Positions 19,473 through 30,651 of a stretch of 64,000 nucleotides of DNA are shown here, piece by piece. The notes beneath the pieces were generated by a model. That model saw only the letters and a list, made by a program, of their open reading frames with translations, ran no database searches and was not told where the DNA came from. Location: assembly GCA_035285545.1 (NCBI GenBank), contig JAYKGY010000104.1, positions 128,001 to 192,000 on the forward strand, written 5' to 3'. Position 1 is the first letter of the stretch. The number at the start of each line of letters is the position of its first letter. This stretch comes from Snowella sp. (GTDB lineage: Bacteria; Cyanobacteriota; Cyanobacteriia; Cyanobacteriales; Microcystaceae). The position numbers and the translations under genes were made by a program.

Positions 19473-22079
19473 GTGACTGTCCCTATTGCAAGTTTAATAG
19501 ACTCTAAAATTCATAAACCTGCCCGTTATTTGGGGAATGAACTGGGTTCTGTCCATAAAGATTGGTATAGCGCGACGGTGCGTTGGGTTTTGACCTATCC
19601 TGAAGTCTATGAATTAGGGGCTTCTAATCTAGGGCACATTATCCTCTATAACATTCTTAACACTCAACCCCGTCAACTCTGCGATCGCACCTATTTACCC
19701 GCCCCTGATCTCGCCGCGAAGTTACGGGAAACGGGAACGCCCTTATTTGCCTTAGAATCCCAGCGATCGCTGACGGAATTTGACATCTTAGGCTTTAGTT
19801 TGAGCTATGAACTTGGAGCGACCAATATATTAGAAATGCTGGATTTAGCCCAGATTCCTTTGACCTGGCAAGAGCGGGAAAATGGTGATTATCCCCTCAT
19901 TTTTGCGGGTGGACAAACAGCGACTTCTAACCCCGAACCCTACGCTGATTTTTTTGATTTTATTGCCCTCGGTGATGGGGAAGAATTATTACCAGAGATC
20001 GGTTTAGTTTTAGAACAGGGTAAACAACAGGGTTTGAGCAAAGCAGCTTTATTACTGGATTTAGCCCAAGTGCCAGGGGTTTACGTTCCCCGTTTTTATG
20101 ATGTCGCCCCTGATGGCTCTGTTCATCCCAATTGCCCTGATGTTCCCCTACGTATTCTCCGCCGTGTCGCTACGCCTATTCCTGCCTATTCCATTGGTTT
20201 AGTGCCCTTTGTTGAAACTGTCCACGATCGCCTGACCATCGAAATTCGTCGTGGCTGTACGAGAGGGTGTCGTTTTTGCCAACCAGGGATGTTAACCCGT
20301 CCCGCCCGTGATGTGGAACCCGAAGCCGTGATTGACGCGATCGCTGAAGGCATCCGTTCAACAGGATATAACGAGTTTTCTTTACTGTCTCTTAGTTGCT
20401 CTGATTATCTGGCCCTGCCTTCGGTGGGATTAGAAATTAAAAATCGGCTACAAAACGAAAACATTTCCCTTTCTTTGCCCAGCCAACGGGTAGATCGTTT
20501 TGATGAAAATATTGCCAACATTATCGGCGGAACCCGTCAAGCCAGCCTCACCTTTGCACCGGAAGCGGGGACTCAACGGATGCGGGATGTGATCAATAAA
20601 GGCTTAACTAACGAGGAATTATTGCGCGGCATTAAAACGGCGGTAGAACAGGGTTGGGATAAGGTCAAACTCTATTTCATGATTGGTCTGCCTGGGGAAA
20701 CGGATGTGGATGTGCTGGGCATTGTGGAAACCGTGCGATGGCTCCGTCGAGAATGTCGGATGCCTAAACGTAAACCCTTAGAATTCAACCTCACCATTTC
20801 TAATTTCACGCCCAAGCCCCATACGCCTTTCCAGTGGCATTCGGTTTCAACGACAGAATTTAGGGCGAAACAGGAATTGTTAAAAGCGGAATTTAGGGGA
20901 ATGCGTGGGGTTAAGGTGAACTTTACCGATGTTCGCATCTCGGCGATGGAAGATTTCGTGGGTCGCGGCGATCGCCGATTAGTCCCCGTTGTCCGTCGAG
21001 CCTGGGAATTAGGGGCGGGCATGGATGCCTGGTGGGAAAGTTTAGACAAAGCCTATGGAGCTTGGGGGCAAGCCATTGAAGAAAATGGGCTGGGCTGGAA
21101 ATACCGTCAAGTGGAAACGGGGGAGTGGAATATTTTCGATGCTGATCAACCCCAATCGCCGGCTCAAAACTATGATGCCCCCTTACCTTGGGATCATTTG
21201 GATACGGGAATTGATAAACAATGGCTCAAAGAGGATTTGATCAAAGCCTTAGAAGCGGCAACTGTTCCCGATTGTTCCTTTGAAGGCTGTTCCCATTGTG
21301 GAGTCTGCGGTCTTGATTTTGGCCATAATATTGTCGTGCCTCCCTTACCCATTCCTGAATTTAAAGGGCAATTCCAACCGAATCAAAATCGCGTCCAACG
21401 TTTCCGTGTCACCTTTGGCAAACAGGGATCAATGGCCTTAGTGAGTCATTTAGATTTAGTGCGCCTTTTTGATCGCGTTGTGCGTCGGGCTGCCCTACCG
21501 ATTGCTTTTACTGGCGGTTTTCACCCTGGCCCCCGTATTTCTATTGCCAATGCCTTACCCTTGGGCGCAACTAGTAGCCATGAATGGGTCGATTTTGAAT
21601 TAACGGAATCGTTGGATTTGTCCGACTTTCAACAACGCTTAAGTGCGGTTTTACCGACGGATATTCCTATTTATCAAGTTGAAGAATTGGATCTCAAAAC
21701 CCCGTCAACGACTCGTTTATTGGATCGAGCAGAATATTTAATTACAATTTCTTCTACTGAAATTTTCTCAATTGCTCAGTGGCAAGAATGGGTTAACACC
21801 ATTAATCAATCAACGGAAATCTTATTTGAAAAAACGACGAAATCGGGTAAAAAAGTAACCCTGAATTTACGAGCGCAATTATTCGCTTTAGGGTTGATTT
21901 CTGTTGATAATCTAGAAACAGATTGGGTAAAGTTTCGTTATCAAGGAAGTTGCCGAAATGATGGGACTTTACTACAGCCTGATCACTTACTCTATATGTT
22001 AGAAAAAGTCGCTGATAAATCTTTCCAATTAGCCCATATTCATCGAGAAAAAATGTTTCTGGCTGATACCCCTCATTAG
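19473..22079 (+). CDS. TIGR03960-type B12-binding radical SAM protein fused to a DUF2344-like domain
   Basis: KPARYLGNE, RGCTRGCRFC (CxxxCxxC), CSFEGCSHCGVC and SHLDL...FTGGFHPGPR motifs. Confidence 0.9.
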   Translation: MTVPIASLIDSKIHKPARYLGNELGSVHKDWYSATVRWVLTYPEVYELGASNLGHIILYNILNTQPRQLCDRTYLPAPDLAAKLRETGTPLFALESQRSLTEFDILGFSLSYELGATNILEMLDLAQIPLTWQERENGDYPLIFAGGQTATSNPEPYADFFDFIALGDGEELLPEIGLVLEQGKQQGLSKAALLLDLAQVPGVYVPRFYDVAPDGSVHPNCPDVPLRILRRVATPIPAYSIGLVPFVETVHDRLTIEIRRGCTRGCRFCQPGMLTRPARDVEPEAVIDAIAEGIRSTGYNEFSLLSLSCSDYLALPSVGLEIKNRLQNENISLSLPSQRVDRFDENIANIIGGTRQASLTFAPEAGTQRMRDVINKGLTNEELLRGIKTAVEQGWDKVKLYFMIGLPGETDVDVLGIVETVRWLRRECRMPKRKPLEFNLTISNFTPKPHTPFQWHSVSTTEFRAKQELLKAEFRGMRGVKVNFTDVRISAMEDFVGRGDRRLVPVVRRAWELGAGMDAWWESLDKAYGAWGQAIEENGLGWKYRQVETGEWNIFDADQPQSPAQNYDAPLPWDHLDTGIDKQWLKEDLIKALEAATVPDCSFEGCSHCGVCGLDFGHNIVVPPLPIPEFKGQFQPNQNRVQRFRVTFGKQGSMALVSHLDLVRLFDRVVRRAALPIAFTGGFHPGPRISIANALPLGATSSHEWVDFELTESLDLSDFQQRLSAVLPTDIPIYQVEELDLKTPSTTRLLDRAEYLITISSTEIFSIAQWQEWVNTINQSTEILFEKTTKSGKKVTLNLRAQLFALGLISVDNLETDWVKFRYQGSCRNDGTLLQPDHLLYMLEKVADKSFQLAHIHREKMFLADTPH

Positions 22080-22204
22080 GGATTAATCAATAAAACTGAT
22101 TTTTGTAGGTATTTAACCATCTTAAAGCCTTTTTATGGTTAATTTGTTTGCTCTACTTAACATTTTTGCCAGCTTATTGGCTATTAACGGATTCCATCGG
22201 CTGG

Positions 22205-22885
22205 CTACCAATTTTTAGGCTGAAAATCCTGAGCATTTAAAATTGAAACCGCTTCCCCTGCTTGGGCTAACACAAATAAACCTTGACGATAGGCATAGCG
22301 ATCGGCTCCTTCTTCAATTTCAATACCTGCAACGGCTCCGTAGAGTTGTTTTTGAGCATATTCAGGAAACATTTGCCGAAATTGTTGAAGGTCATCCATC
22401 AAATCCTTGACATCATTGACCCCTAAACTACTTTTAACTTCTACTACCAACACATGATTTTCATTCGTGACTAGAACATCAATTTCTAAGGTTTGTCCAT
22501 TTAAGCGTTTTTTGACTCGTTGACTGACTTGATGAACGGGGATTCCTCGTTTTAAAAAGATGGTTTCACAGGCAGGCGCGACCATATTTTCGACAAATCT
22601 TCCCCATTTGCCCCCTAAATCACCAATTTGTTTGTTAACTTCTCTAATTTTGCGATCGGTTTCTTTGAAATGTTGATCAGTTGCTTGAGATTGTTCCCTT
22701 AGTAAGCGTTCTGTCTCTTGGGATTGTTCCCTTAGTAAGCGTTCTGTTTCTTGCGACTGTTCCCTTAGTAAGCGTTCTGTTTCTTGAAAGCGGCGTTCTG
22801 CTTCCTGAAAACGGTGTTCTGTTTCTTTTTGAGCGGTGGCTAATTCGGCGAGTAATTGCCACACATCATCGGCGGTCGTTGTCAT
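22205..22885 (-). CDS. Coiled-coil protein with C-terminal PD-(D/E)XK-like domain (DUF3782-like)
   Basis: Repetitive coiled coil, then WGRFVE, EIDVL and VVEVKS motifs. Confidence 0.78.
   Translation of the reverse strand: MTTTADDVWQLLAELATAQKETEHRFQEAERRFQETERLLREQSQETERLLREQSQETERLLREQSQATDQHFKETDRKIREVNKQIGDLGGKWGRFVENMVAPACETIFLKRGIPVHQVSQRVKKRLNGQTLEIDVLVTNENHVLVVEVKSSLGVNDVKDLMDDLQQFRQMFPEYAQKQLYGAVAGIEIEEGADRYAYRQGLFVLAQAGEAVSILNAQDFQPKNW
22685..22825. repeat. Intragenic tandem repeats: 3 x 33 bp plus 2 x 21 bp
   Basis: 33-bp units at 22685, 22718 and 22751 (ETERLLREQSQ); 21-bp units at 22784 and 22805. Confidence 0.92.
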
Positions 22886-23096
22886 GGTCTAGCTTTTTTT
22901 ATGCTTCGCAATGCTTGGGTTTCTCTATTCATGATTTTATCTTTTTTAATTACAATCGCCGATTAGTTGGTAATTATCCATTTTTCTTTCAATTAAATCG
23001 ACTTACTTAATATTCATTTACAAAATATTTCTAGGCGTTCTCTTCAGTGGGAAAATAGCGAAAAGCCTTTTAAAAAAAATTGTTATCAGAATCAAA

Positions 23097-23762
23097 ATGA
23101 CTATTACCCCTGAATCTGTTCAAGAATTACTTTCTTCGGAATCCTTTAGCGATCGCGTGCGGGGATTAAATCACCTCAAATTCATTGATCCTAAACTCGC
23201 CTTTGAAATGGTCAAACCGTTAGTCAATGATCGTAATGCGCGGATTCGCTATGCCGCTGTGAGTCAGCTTGATCCCTTAGGGCTAGAAAATCCCGATGAA
23301 GCCTTGGGGTTACTCCGCGATCGCCTGTTTAATGATCCAGAAATTGATGTCAAATCCATTGCGGCTGATGTGATTGGCGGACTGAAACTAACCGCCGCCT
23401 ATGCAGACTTGCGCCAGGTTTACGAAACCACTGACGAATGGCTCCTACAAATGAGCATTATCGCCACCATCGGGGAAATGGGCGATCCCCAAGCCTTGGA
23501 ATTATTAAAAATTGCACTGGATTCGGAAAATAGTTTAATTCGGATGGCGGCCATTAGTGCTCTGGGAGATTTACAAGAGCCGCAAGCTATCCCTCTCCTG
23601 TTGCCCTTGGTCAATGATGAAGATTGGCAAGTACGGTTTCGCTTAGCGATCGCGTTAGGTCAATTTCAGCAAGCCGAGGTTCAAGCTGCCTTAGAACAAC
23701 TGGCCCAGGATGAATTTGAACAGGTGGCAACCATTGCTCAGGATCTTTTAAAAATGGATTAA
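23097..23762 (+). CDS. nblB: HEAT-repeat phycobilisome degradation protein NblB-like
   Basis: PBS-lyase HEAT repeats (RIRYAAVSQL, WQVRFRLAIALG); MTITPESVQELL N-terminus. Confidence 0.72.
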   Translation: MTITPESVQELLSSESFSDRVRGLNHLKFIDPKLAFEMVKPLVNDRNARIRYAAVSQLDPLGLENPDEALGLLRDRLFNDPEIDVKSIAADVIGGLKLTAAYADLRQVYETTDEWLLQMSIIATIGEMGDPQALELLKIALDSENSLIRMAAISALGDLQEPQAIPLLLPLVNDEDWQVRFRLAIALGQFQQAEVQAALEQLAQDEFEQVATIAQDLLKMD

Positions 23763-23787
23763 CCCTCAAGTTAGCTTTTACTCTGGT

Positions 23788-26622
23788 TTAAGGTTTATTT
23801 TTAAACCATTGATAGAGCCGATAGACCACTTTTTCCAACTCCACCCAAACAAAAATCAAAGTGCTAAATCCTAGACAAATCATTAATTCTTCTAAGGGCA
23901 AATAATGGGTTCCAAAGAAATTGCGTAGCGGTTCCACATAAATTAATAACAGTTGTAAAAACGAGGTGACAGCGACAGAAATGAGGAGAAAAGGATTAGA
24001 AAGAGGGTTGAGTTCAATACTTAATCGGGTAATGGATCGCACCGCTAAGGCATGACCCATTTGCGCCAAACAAAGCGTTGTAAACACCATCGTTTTCCAG
24101 CGATCGCTGTCTAGGAGTCCATTGTCTGTGTGATCATGGGTATAGTTGTAGGCCCAAACCATCATGGCAATGGTGACGGTTGCCAAAATTAACCCAATAC
24201 GAATCATATAGGAGCCTAAACCCCTCGCAAAAATACTTTCCTTGGGATCTTTAGGTGATTCTTGCATAATCGTTGGTTTACCTGGTTCGACGGCTAATGC
24301 TAAGGCCGGAACGCCATCAGTAACGAGATTCATCCATAAAATTTGCAATGGCGTGAGAGGGACACCCCCTAACCCTAAAAGAGGAGCGGCAGCAATGGTT
24401 AATACCTCTCCGATATTACTGCCGAGAATATAGCGAATAAAACGACGAATATTGGTATAAACAACGCGACCTTCTTCAATCGCAGCAATAATGGTTGTAA
24501 AGTTGTCATCTAATAACACCATATCGCTGGCTTCTTTACTGACATCCGTTCCCGTAATGCCCATTGCCACCCCAATATCGGCTTGTTTGAGGGCGGGCGC
24601 ATCATTCACCCCATCCCCCGTCATGGCGACCACTTGATTTTGCCGTCGTAGGGCTTGCACAATGCGGAGTTTGTGTTGAGACGATACCCGCGCATAAACG
24701 CTCACCAGGTTAACGATGTCATCAAGAGCAACATTATCGAAGGTTTCTAGCTGTTGTCCGGTTATCACCCGCTTATTCTCTTGCATAATGCCTAAATCTT
24801 CAGCGATCGCTTTAGCAGTGAGGGGATGATCTCCGGTAATCATCACGGGTCGAATCCCTGCCCGATGGCATTGAGTAACCGCTTCTCGAACTTCAGGACG
24901 GGGGGCATCCAACATTCCCACCAATCCCAACCAGGTGAGTTCCTGCTCGATTTCTTGATCACTGGTACGACTAGAGACATTAAAGACGGGTTTCCAAGCA
25001 AAACCCAAGACCCGTAAACCCCGACGGGCTAATTGATTATTGCGGTCTAGAATCTGTAAGCATTGTTCATCGGTTAATGGTTGGGCGCGATCGCCGACTT
25101 GGATCTGGGTGCAACGCTCTAGGGTCAACTCTGGGGAACCTTTGACTAAAACCAGTTCCTGATTTGCCGCTGAGGTAAGGGTCGCCGTTGTGTCTCGAAT
25201 AATCACACTCATCCGCTTACGTTCGGACGAAAAGGGAAATTCGGCAACACGGGGAAATTTTTTCTCTTGTTCGGGTTTAAAAAAGCCCGCTTTGCCTGCT
25301 AACACAAGTAAGGCTCCTTCGGTCGGATCGCCCATAATTACCCATTCCCCTTGTTCCTGATGGAGAACCGCATCATTGCAAATCAAACAGGCTAACATCA
25401 AGAGGCGAAATTCGAGATCTAAGCGGGGATCAACAATAGTTGAATCTGTCTGTTGAAATTCTCCTTCAGGGCAATAGCCTTCTCCCGTCACTCGTAAATT
25501 CCAGCTAGGGGTATTAACGGCTTGCACTGCCATCTTATTCTGGGTCAGGGTTCCTGTTTTATCGGAACAAATGGTGGTAACCGATCCCAGGGTTTCGACC
25601 GCATTTAATTTACGGATCAGGGCATGGCGTTTTACCATTCGCTGCGTTCCTAACGCCAACGTAACGGTAATCACTGCGGGTAATCCTTCCGGGACAACCG
25701 CCACCGCCATACTCAATGACACTTCTACTAAGTCCTGAAATAGTTGGGGACGCAACAGGGTTCCTACACCAATGACTAAGGCCACCAGAATCAAAGAACC
25801 TGTCACTAAAACATTACCCAATTGGGTCATGCGTTTTTGTAGCGGGGTGGGTTCGGCTTCAACGCCTTGAATGGCTGCCGCAATTTTGCCCAATTCTGTC
25901 CGCATTCCCGTTGCGGTGACTAAAATGGTGCCTCGTCCCTGCACTACTTCGGTTCCCGAAAAAACCATATTCAGGCGATCGCCGAGGGGAAGATCTTCCG
26001 GTAGGCTTTCTAGACATTGCTTTCTGACCGCTTCAGCTTCTCCGGTTAGGGCCGATTCTCTAACTTGCAAATGGTTGGCTTCCAAAATGCGACCATCGGC
26101 AGGGACTTTCACACCGGATTCCAATAACATCAAATCGCCTGGAACCAAGGTTTTAGAATCAATTTCTTGAGTTTTTCCCCCGCGAATCACTCGGACTTGG
26201 GAAGAGGACAAATTTTTGAGGGCGGCGAGGGCTTTCTCGGCTCGACTTTCCTGAAGATAACCCAAAACTCCATTGAGCAAAACCACGATAAAAATGGCAA
26301 CCGCATCTTTAGGAAAAATGAAGTTTCCCGATGCCATCGATTCTCGGATATCCAACACCCCTGAAATGATCGCCACAGCAATCAGCATCAGTAACATGAT
26401 GTTTTTGAACTGATCGATTAGAATTTCTAACGGTTGGCGCATTCCCGTTTCAATTAATTCATTATTGCCGTAGTATCGTTCCTTCTCTTCTACTTCCGTC
26501 GCACTGAGTCCCGTTTCGCGATCGCTATTGAGTAAGGTTAACGCTTCATCAACGGCGATCGTTTGCCAGGCAATGGTTGGTGTTGGGGTGACAGCCGGAT
26601 CGGACAGAAAAGGGTCAGACAT
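23788..26622 (-). CDS. P-type cation ATPase, P2A (Ca2+, PacL-like)
   Basis: [30 protein letters not shown] and [10 protein letters not shown] motifs. Confidence 0.93.
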   Translation of the reverse strand: MSDPFLSDPAVTPTPTIAWQTIAVDEALTLLNSDRETGLSATEVEEKERYYGNNELIETGMRQPLEILIDQFKNIMLLMLIAVAIISGVLDIRESMASGNFIFPKDAVAIFIVVLLNGVLGYLQESRAEKALAALKNLSSSQVRVIRGGKTQEIDSKTLVPGDLMLLESGVKVPADGRILEANHLQVRESALTGEAEAVRKQCLESLPEDLPLGDRLNMVFSGTEVVQGRGTILVTATGMRTELGKIAAAIQGVEAEPTPLQKRMTQLGNVLVTGSLILVALVIGVGTLLRPQLFQDLVEVSLSMAVAVVPEGLPAVITVTLALGTQRMVKRHALIRKLNAVETLGSVTTICSDKTGTLTQNKMAVQAVNTPSWNLRVTGEGYCPEGEFQQTDSTIVDPRLDLEFRLLMLACLICNDAVLHQEQGEWVIMGDPTEGALLVLAGKAGFFKPEQEKKFPRVAEFPFSSERKRMSVIIRDTTATLTSAANQELVLVKGSPELTLERCTQIQVGDRAQPLTDEQCLQILDRNNQLARRGLRVLGFAWKPVFNVSSRTSDQEIEQELTWLGLVGMLDAPRPEVREAVTQCHRAGIRPVMITGDHPLTAKAIAEDLGIMQENKRVITGQQLETFDNVALDDIVNLVSVYARVSSQHKLRIVQALRRQNQVVAMTGDGVNDAPALKQADIGVAMGITGTDVSKEASDMVLLDDNFTTIIAAIEEGRVVYTNIRRFIRYILGSNIGEVLTIAAAPLLGLGGVPLTPLQILWMNLVTDGVPALALAVEPGKPTIMQESPKDPKESIFARGLGSYMIRIGLILATVTIAMMVWAYNYTHDHTDNGLLDSDRWKTMVFTTLCLAQMGHALAVRSITRLSIELNPLSNPFLLISVAVTSFLQLLLIYVEPLRNFFGTHYLPLEELMICLGFSTLIFVWVELEKVVYRLYQWFKNKP

Positions 26623-27092
26623 GATAACAACTCCCGAAAAAGGTGTTTTGGTTTTATGGAAATATTTAATTTAAAGGGGTTATTTTTTCCGCGTAAATTT
26701 CTAATACGCTAATACGTAGGGATAACGATTGGCTCCCTGTTTTAGGGGGTGAGTTCTATTATCTTGCTCATTAAAACTAGCCCAAATCACCTTAAATTAT
26801 TGATTTAATCAGGACTTTCTTATTTCTATAATATTCTTTATTTTAAGGGCTGGTTGTTGATAGGATAGAAAAAATCCAGATTCTATCTCTAGTCGCAAAA
26901 TTAAGAATAGGCCTAATCCTTTGTCTTCAGAAGGGTCTTATTAGGGAAAATTGAAGGAATAGCTAGGATTAAACGATTACAACTTAATATTCTAATCTTA
27001 CAATTTAATTCCTTGGGATTGGCCCCCTCGCGATCGCGGTGATAGTCTGTCTTGAGGCGTAAAAATTTATAGACCAATGATTGATGATAGTT

Positions 27093-27269
27093 ATGACATC
27101 CAGAAAATGGTGGGCTATTTTTATTACCTTAACCACAATTGAAGGGATTTTGCTGATCAAGCTTTTATTCGCCCAATCTTTAACGGAACTGTTGATCGCG
27201 ATCGCTGTGATTGCGACATTGTTAGTCGTAACAACTCAGATCACAATCGACAAAAAAAATGTGGACTAA
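27093..27269 (+). CDS. Small two-helix membrane protein (hypothetical)
   Basis: Short ORF with two hydrophobic stretches in otherwise non-coding DNA. Confidence 0.45.
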   Translation: MTSRKWWAIFITLTTIEGILLIKLLFAQSLTELLIAIAVIATLLVVTTQITIDKKNVD

Positions 27270-27347
27270 AAAATTCATTAGCCCATCATCATTGTGATAA
27301 TTCAATTGGTTTAAATTTTTAGAAAGCTGACAATTTAGAATTTGGGC

Positions 27348-27761
27348 TTATAGCTTTAAAATGCGGTGGATAGAATCCCGAATTTCTTGGCTTCTTTTTG
27401 CTTTTAAATCAGAAGAAACCGATCCTGATGGCTTAAAGATCACTTCATCAACCCCTAATGCTTTGGCTTGAGTAACTTTAGGAGAACCGGGTTCTTCTGC
27501 GGTAACCACCACCACTTTCGCATTACTTTTAAAACGCACTTGCTTCATAAACTCAACACCATCCATTTTCGGCATTGATAAATCTAAGATAATTAAATCG
27601 GGTTTAACAGTACTTACTTTTGCTAAAGCTTCGATTCCATCCGACGCATATTCTGCCACTTGTAATAGGGGATCTTCAGTGACAATATTACCGATTACCA
27701 AACTCATAATCGGAGAATCATCTACCACTAAAATCTTTTTCTTTGCAGTGATGGTAGCCAT
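27348..27761 (-). CDS. Stand-alone response regulator resembling the CheB receiver domain
   Basis: ILVVDDS, KPDLIILDLSMPKMDG and FKPSGSVSSDL motifs; no output domain. Confidence 0.85.
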   Translation of the reverse strand: MATITAKKKILVVDDSPIMSLVIGNIVTEDPLLQVAEYASDGIEALAKVSTVKPDLIILDLSMPKMDGVEFMKQVRFKSNAKVVVVTAEEPGSPKVTQAKALGVDEVIFKPSGSVSSDLKAKRSQEIRDSIHRILKL

Positions 27762-28014
27762 AATGAGGAGACCTTAAGAAATGATATTTTATATTTTAAT
27801 GGCTATAAATTTATTCATCGGTTAAAAATAGTTAAGGCATTGTCGTTATAATTACTGAATTTTGATCAAAAAAATTATTATTTTCTCGCCCTTGAAAAAT
27901 TAAAAAAATGTTAAATTTAAATTACCGAAGTACAGACGCAGAATTTCGATATTTATCTTCTGGGGAAAGCGAACTTGTACAATAAATTAGCTTGTGTTAT
28001 TCAAATTCAAAATT

Positions 28015-28584
28015 ATGCTTGATGCATTGCAAGGATTAAATATTTATCTCATCGGCATGATGGGGACAGGAAAAACCACCATTGGCAAGATATTAGCCCA
28101 AAAATTAAGCTATCGTTTCTTTGATACCGATGTTTTGGTAGAACGAGTTGTCGAAAAAAGTATTAATGATCTGTTTGCCGAAGAAGGGGAAGCCTACTTT
28201 CGGGATTTGGAAAGTCAGGTTTTAAATCACTTATCCGCCTATGGTCGCAGTGTGATTGCAACGGGGGGGGGAATTGTCCTGCGGCCGTTGAATTGGAGCT
28301 ACTTACGGGATGGACTCACGATTTGGTTAGACGCGCCGGTTGATTTGCTGGTGGAACGCTTAGCAGAAGATAATACCCGTCCCTTGTTAAAAACCGATGA
28401 GTTGCCCCACAAGTTAACGACCTTACTGGCCGACCGGAAAAATCTGTATCAAGAAGCCGATCTGCATATTCTCATCGAAGCTAAGGAGTCCCCAGACGCG
28501 ATCGCCGACAAAATCCTTAATGCAATTCCCACTGTCCTCAAAAATCAGCAAGAGGCTTTCCAAAACGGCAACGAGAATAATTAA
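28015..28584 (+). CDS. aroK: Shikimate kinase
   Basis: GMMGTGKT, GEAYFRDLES, ATGGG and RPLL motifs. Confidence 0.95.
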   Translation: MLDALQGLNIYLIGMMGTGKTTIGKILAQKLSYRFFDTDVLVERVVEKSINDLFAEEGEAYFRDLESQVLNHLSAYGRSVIATGGGIVLRPLNWSYLRDGLTIWLDAPVDLLVERLAEDNTRPLLKTDELPHKLTTLLADRKNLYQEADLHILIEAKESPDAIADKILNAIPTVLKNQQEAFQNGNENN

Positions 28585-28598
28585 ACCTGAGTAAAATT

Positions 28599-29111
28599 GT
28601 GCTTGAAAATTCAAAACATTCTTTTAGCATGGAAATATCATCCCAACAGGATCAGCTTATGAATACTGCTCTCCCCAGTCTAGAATTTGGCAGCCTGAGA
28701 AAAGTTCATCATATTGCATTTAATGTGAAAGATATGAACCGTTCTCGCTATTTTTATGGACAAATTCTAGGGTTAAAAGAATTAACAGGAGATGCCGTTC
28801 CCTCAACTTTGAAAACCCTGGTTGAGCAGGGAAAAGTCGCCAATTTTATCACCCCCGATGGTCTGATTATCGATCTATTCTGGGAGCCTGATTTATTCCC
28901 CCCCGATCCCGATCCAAAACAGGGGTTTACTCGTGCCAATCATCTTGCCTTTGATATTAGCCCGGATGCATTTGAATCGGCGATCGCGGTCTTAAAAGCC
29001 CATCAAGTCCCCATTGATCACGGGCCCGTCACTCGACCAACAGGCAGGGGAATTTACTTTTATGATCCGGATGGCTTCATTATTGAAATTCGCTGCGATC
29101 CCCAAAATTAA
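28599..29111 (+). CDS. VOC/glyoxalase family protein
   Basis: HHIAFNV, NHLAF and YFYDPDGFIIE motifs; start uncertain. Confidence 0.88.
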   Translation: MLENSKHSFSMEISSQQDQLMNTALPSLEFGSLRKVHHIAFNVKDMNRSRYFYGQILGLKELTGDAVPSTLKTLVEQGKVANFITPDGLIIDLFWEPDLFPPDPDPKQGFTRANHLAFDISPDAFESAIAVLKAHQVPIDHGPVTRPTGRGIYFYDPDGFIIEIRCDPQN

Positions 29112-29168
29112 ACTAATCGCCTCAACTCACGCTTTAACGGTTAATCTCCAAATTTGTCAATCCTGCCT

Positions 29169-29383
29169 TTGTCAACAAGTCTAAAAATTTAATTCTCCCA
29201 TAGTCTCCTAACTACTGGGTATTTAAACTGAGCCTGTGGAAAACTATTCTGTAATTCATCAACTAAATATCGACAAAAAATGCAGAAAAAAGTTTCCTAT
29301 CCGCCGAATTCTTTCCCTAATCCCCTGCTCACCAATGAGCGTTACCTAACTTTTTTAGGATAAATTTCCACAGGTTTTCCACA
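29169..29383. promoter_or_regulatory. Cluster of cyanobacterial-type DnaA boxes (candidate oriC)
   Basis: TGTGGAAAA 29235-29243, ATTTCCACA 29364-29372, TTTTCCACA 29375-29383 and weaker TTGTCAACA 29169-29177, upstream of dnaN. Confidence 0.65.
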
Positions 29384-29478
29384 AGTCATGGAATCCAAAA
29401 CGCTAGCTTAAATCTCTCAACAAAAAACCCAATCAAGCGTACAATCGATCTGCTCCCTTAGCACCCTGTTAATGAGTC

Positions 29479-30651
29479 ATGAAATTTATTTGTAGTCAAA
29501 GCGATTTCAATAGCAACCTATCCCTCGTCAGTCGCGCCGTTCCCTCCCGTCCAACCCATCCTGTCCTGGGCAATGTACTGTTAGTTGCGGATGAAAAAGG
29601 GCGTGTAAGCTTAACAGGATTTGATCTAAGCTTAGGAATTCATACCAGTTTTGTAGCCGACGTTCCCCAAGGGGGCAAAATTACCCTCCCTGCCAAATTA
29701 TTAGGAGATATTGTTTCCAAACTTCCTGATGGTGAATTAACCCTAACGATTGATGAAGACAGCGAAGCAGGGGATACAGTCTTAGCAACCCTAACCTCAG
29801 CTTCTGGACGTTTCCAAATTCGAGGATTAACCGCAGATGAATATCCCGAATTACCCACGGTTGATGAAACAACACCGCTCATGTTACCCGTTGGAGCCTT
29901 AAATGAAGGATTGCGGGGAACCCTCTTTGCGGCTAGTACCGACGAAACCAAGCAAGTTTTAACCGGAATTCACCTAAAAGGCTCGGCCGATAGCTTAGAA
30001 TTTGCGGCGACCGATGGCCATCGTTTGGCGGTCGTGGAAGCTCCTACCCAAGTCGAAACCGAAGAAGGGGAAGAAGCCGTTCAAGCCAGTAATTTAGAAG
30101 ATTTTTCCGTCACGATTCCTGCTAGAGCCTTACGGGAACTAGAACGGGTGTTATCGGCTCGGCAAGATAGCGATCTAGTTTCCCTGTGTGTGGATGAAAC
30201 CCAAGTGATTTTTGAACTAGGCGATCAACGGTTAACGAGCCGTAAACTCGATGGAGCCTATCCCGCTTATCAACAACTCATTCCCCGCCAGTTTAGTCGT
30301 ACCGCAACAATGGAGCGCAAACACTTACTGGGCAGTTTAGAACGGGTTTCAGTTTTAGCTGACCAAAAGAATAATTTAGTTAAATTTTCTTTAAATTCTG
30401 CTGATAATCAGTTAACCTTATCCGTTGAAGCTCAGGATTTAGGCAATGCGCGTGAATCCTTATCAATTAGTATGAATGGCGACAGCGGTGATATTGCCTT
30501 TAATGTCAAATATTTGATGGATGGCTTACGGGCCTTACCTAGTAGCGATATTCAAATGCAGCTAAATGAAGGCAATCAACCCGTGATTTTTACTCCCTTA
30601 GGGGGGTTAAAAATGACCTATTTAGTCATGCCTGTCCAGATTGTTCGGTAA
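29479..30651 (+). CDS. dnaN: DNA polymerase III beta clamp
   Basis: ATDGHRL, AFNVKYL and YLVMPVQI motifs. Confidence 0.97.
   Translation: MKFICSQSDFNSNLSLVSRAVPSRPTHPVLGNVLLVADEKGRVSLTGFDLSLGIHTSFVADVPQGGKITLPAKLLGDIVSKLPDGELTLTIDEDSEAGDTVLATLTSASGRFQIRGLTADEYPELPTVDETTPLMLPVGALNEGLRGTLFAASTDETKQVLTGIHLKGSADSLEFAATDGHRLAVVEAPTQVETEEGEEAVQASNLEDFSVTIPARALRELERVLSARQDSDLVSLCVDETQVIFELGDQRLTSRKLDGAYPAYQQLIPRQFSRTATMERKHLLGSLERVSVLADQKNNLVKFSLNSADNQLTLSVEAQDLGNARESLSISMNGDSGDIAFNVKYLMDGLRALPSSDIQMQLNEGNQPVIFTPLGGLKMTYLVMPVQIVR

Noticed and set aside
22685..22783. 33-bp repeats as a CRISPR array
   Set aside because: The units are contiguous with no spacers, lie in frame within a CDS, and no cas genes are nearby.
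26623..27080. Riboswitch (e.g. yybP-ykoY) upstream of the P-type ATPase
   Set aside because: I could not find the conserved motifs by eye; an Rfam scan is needed.
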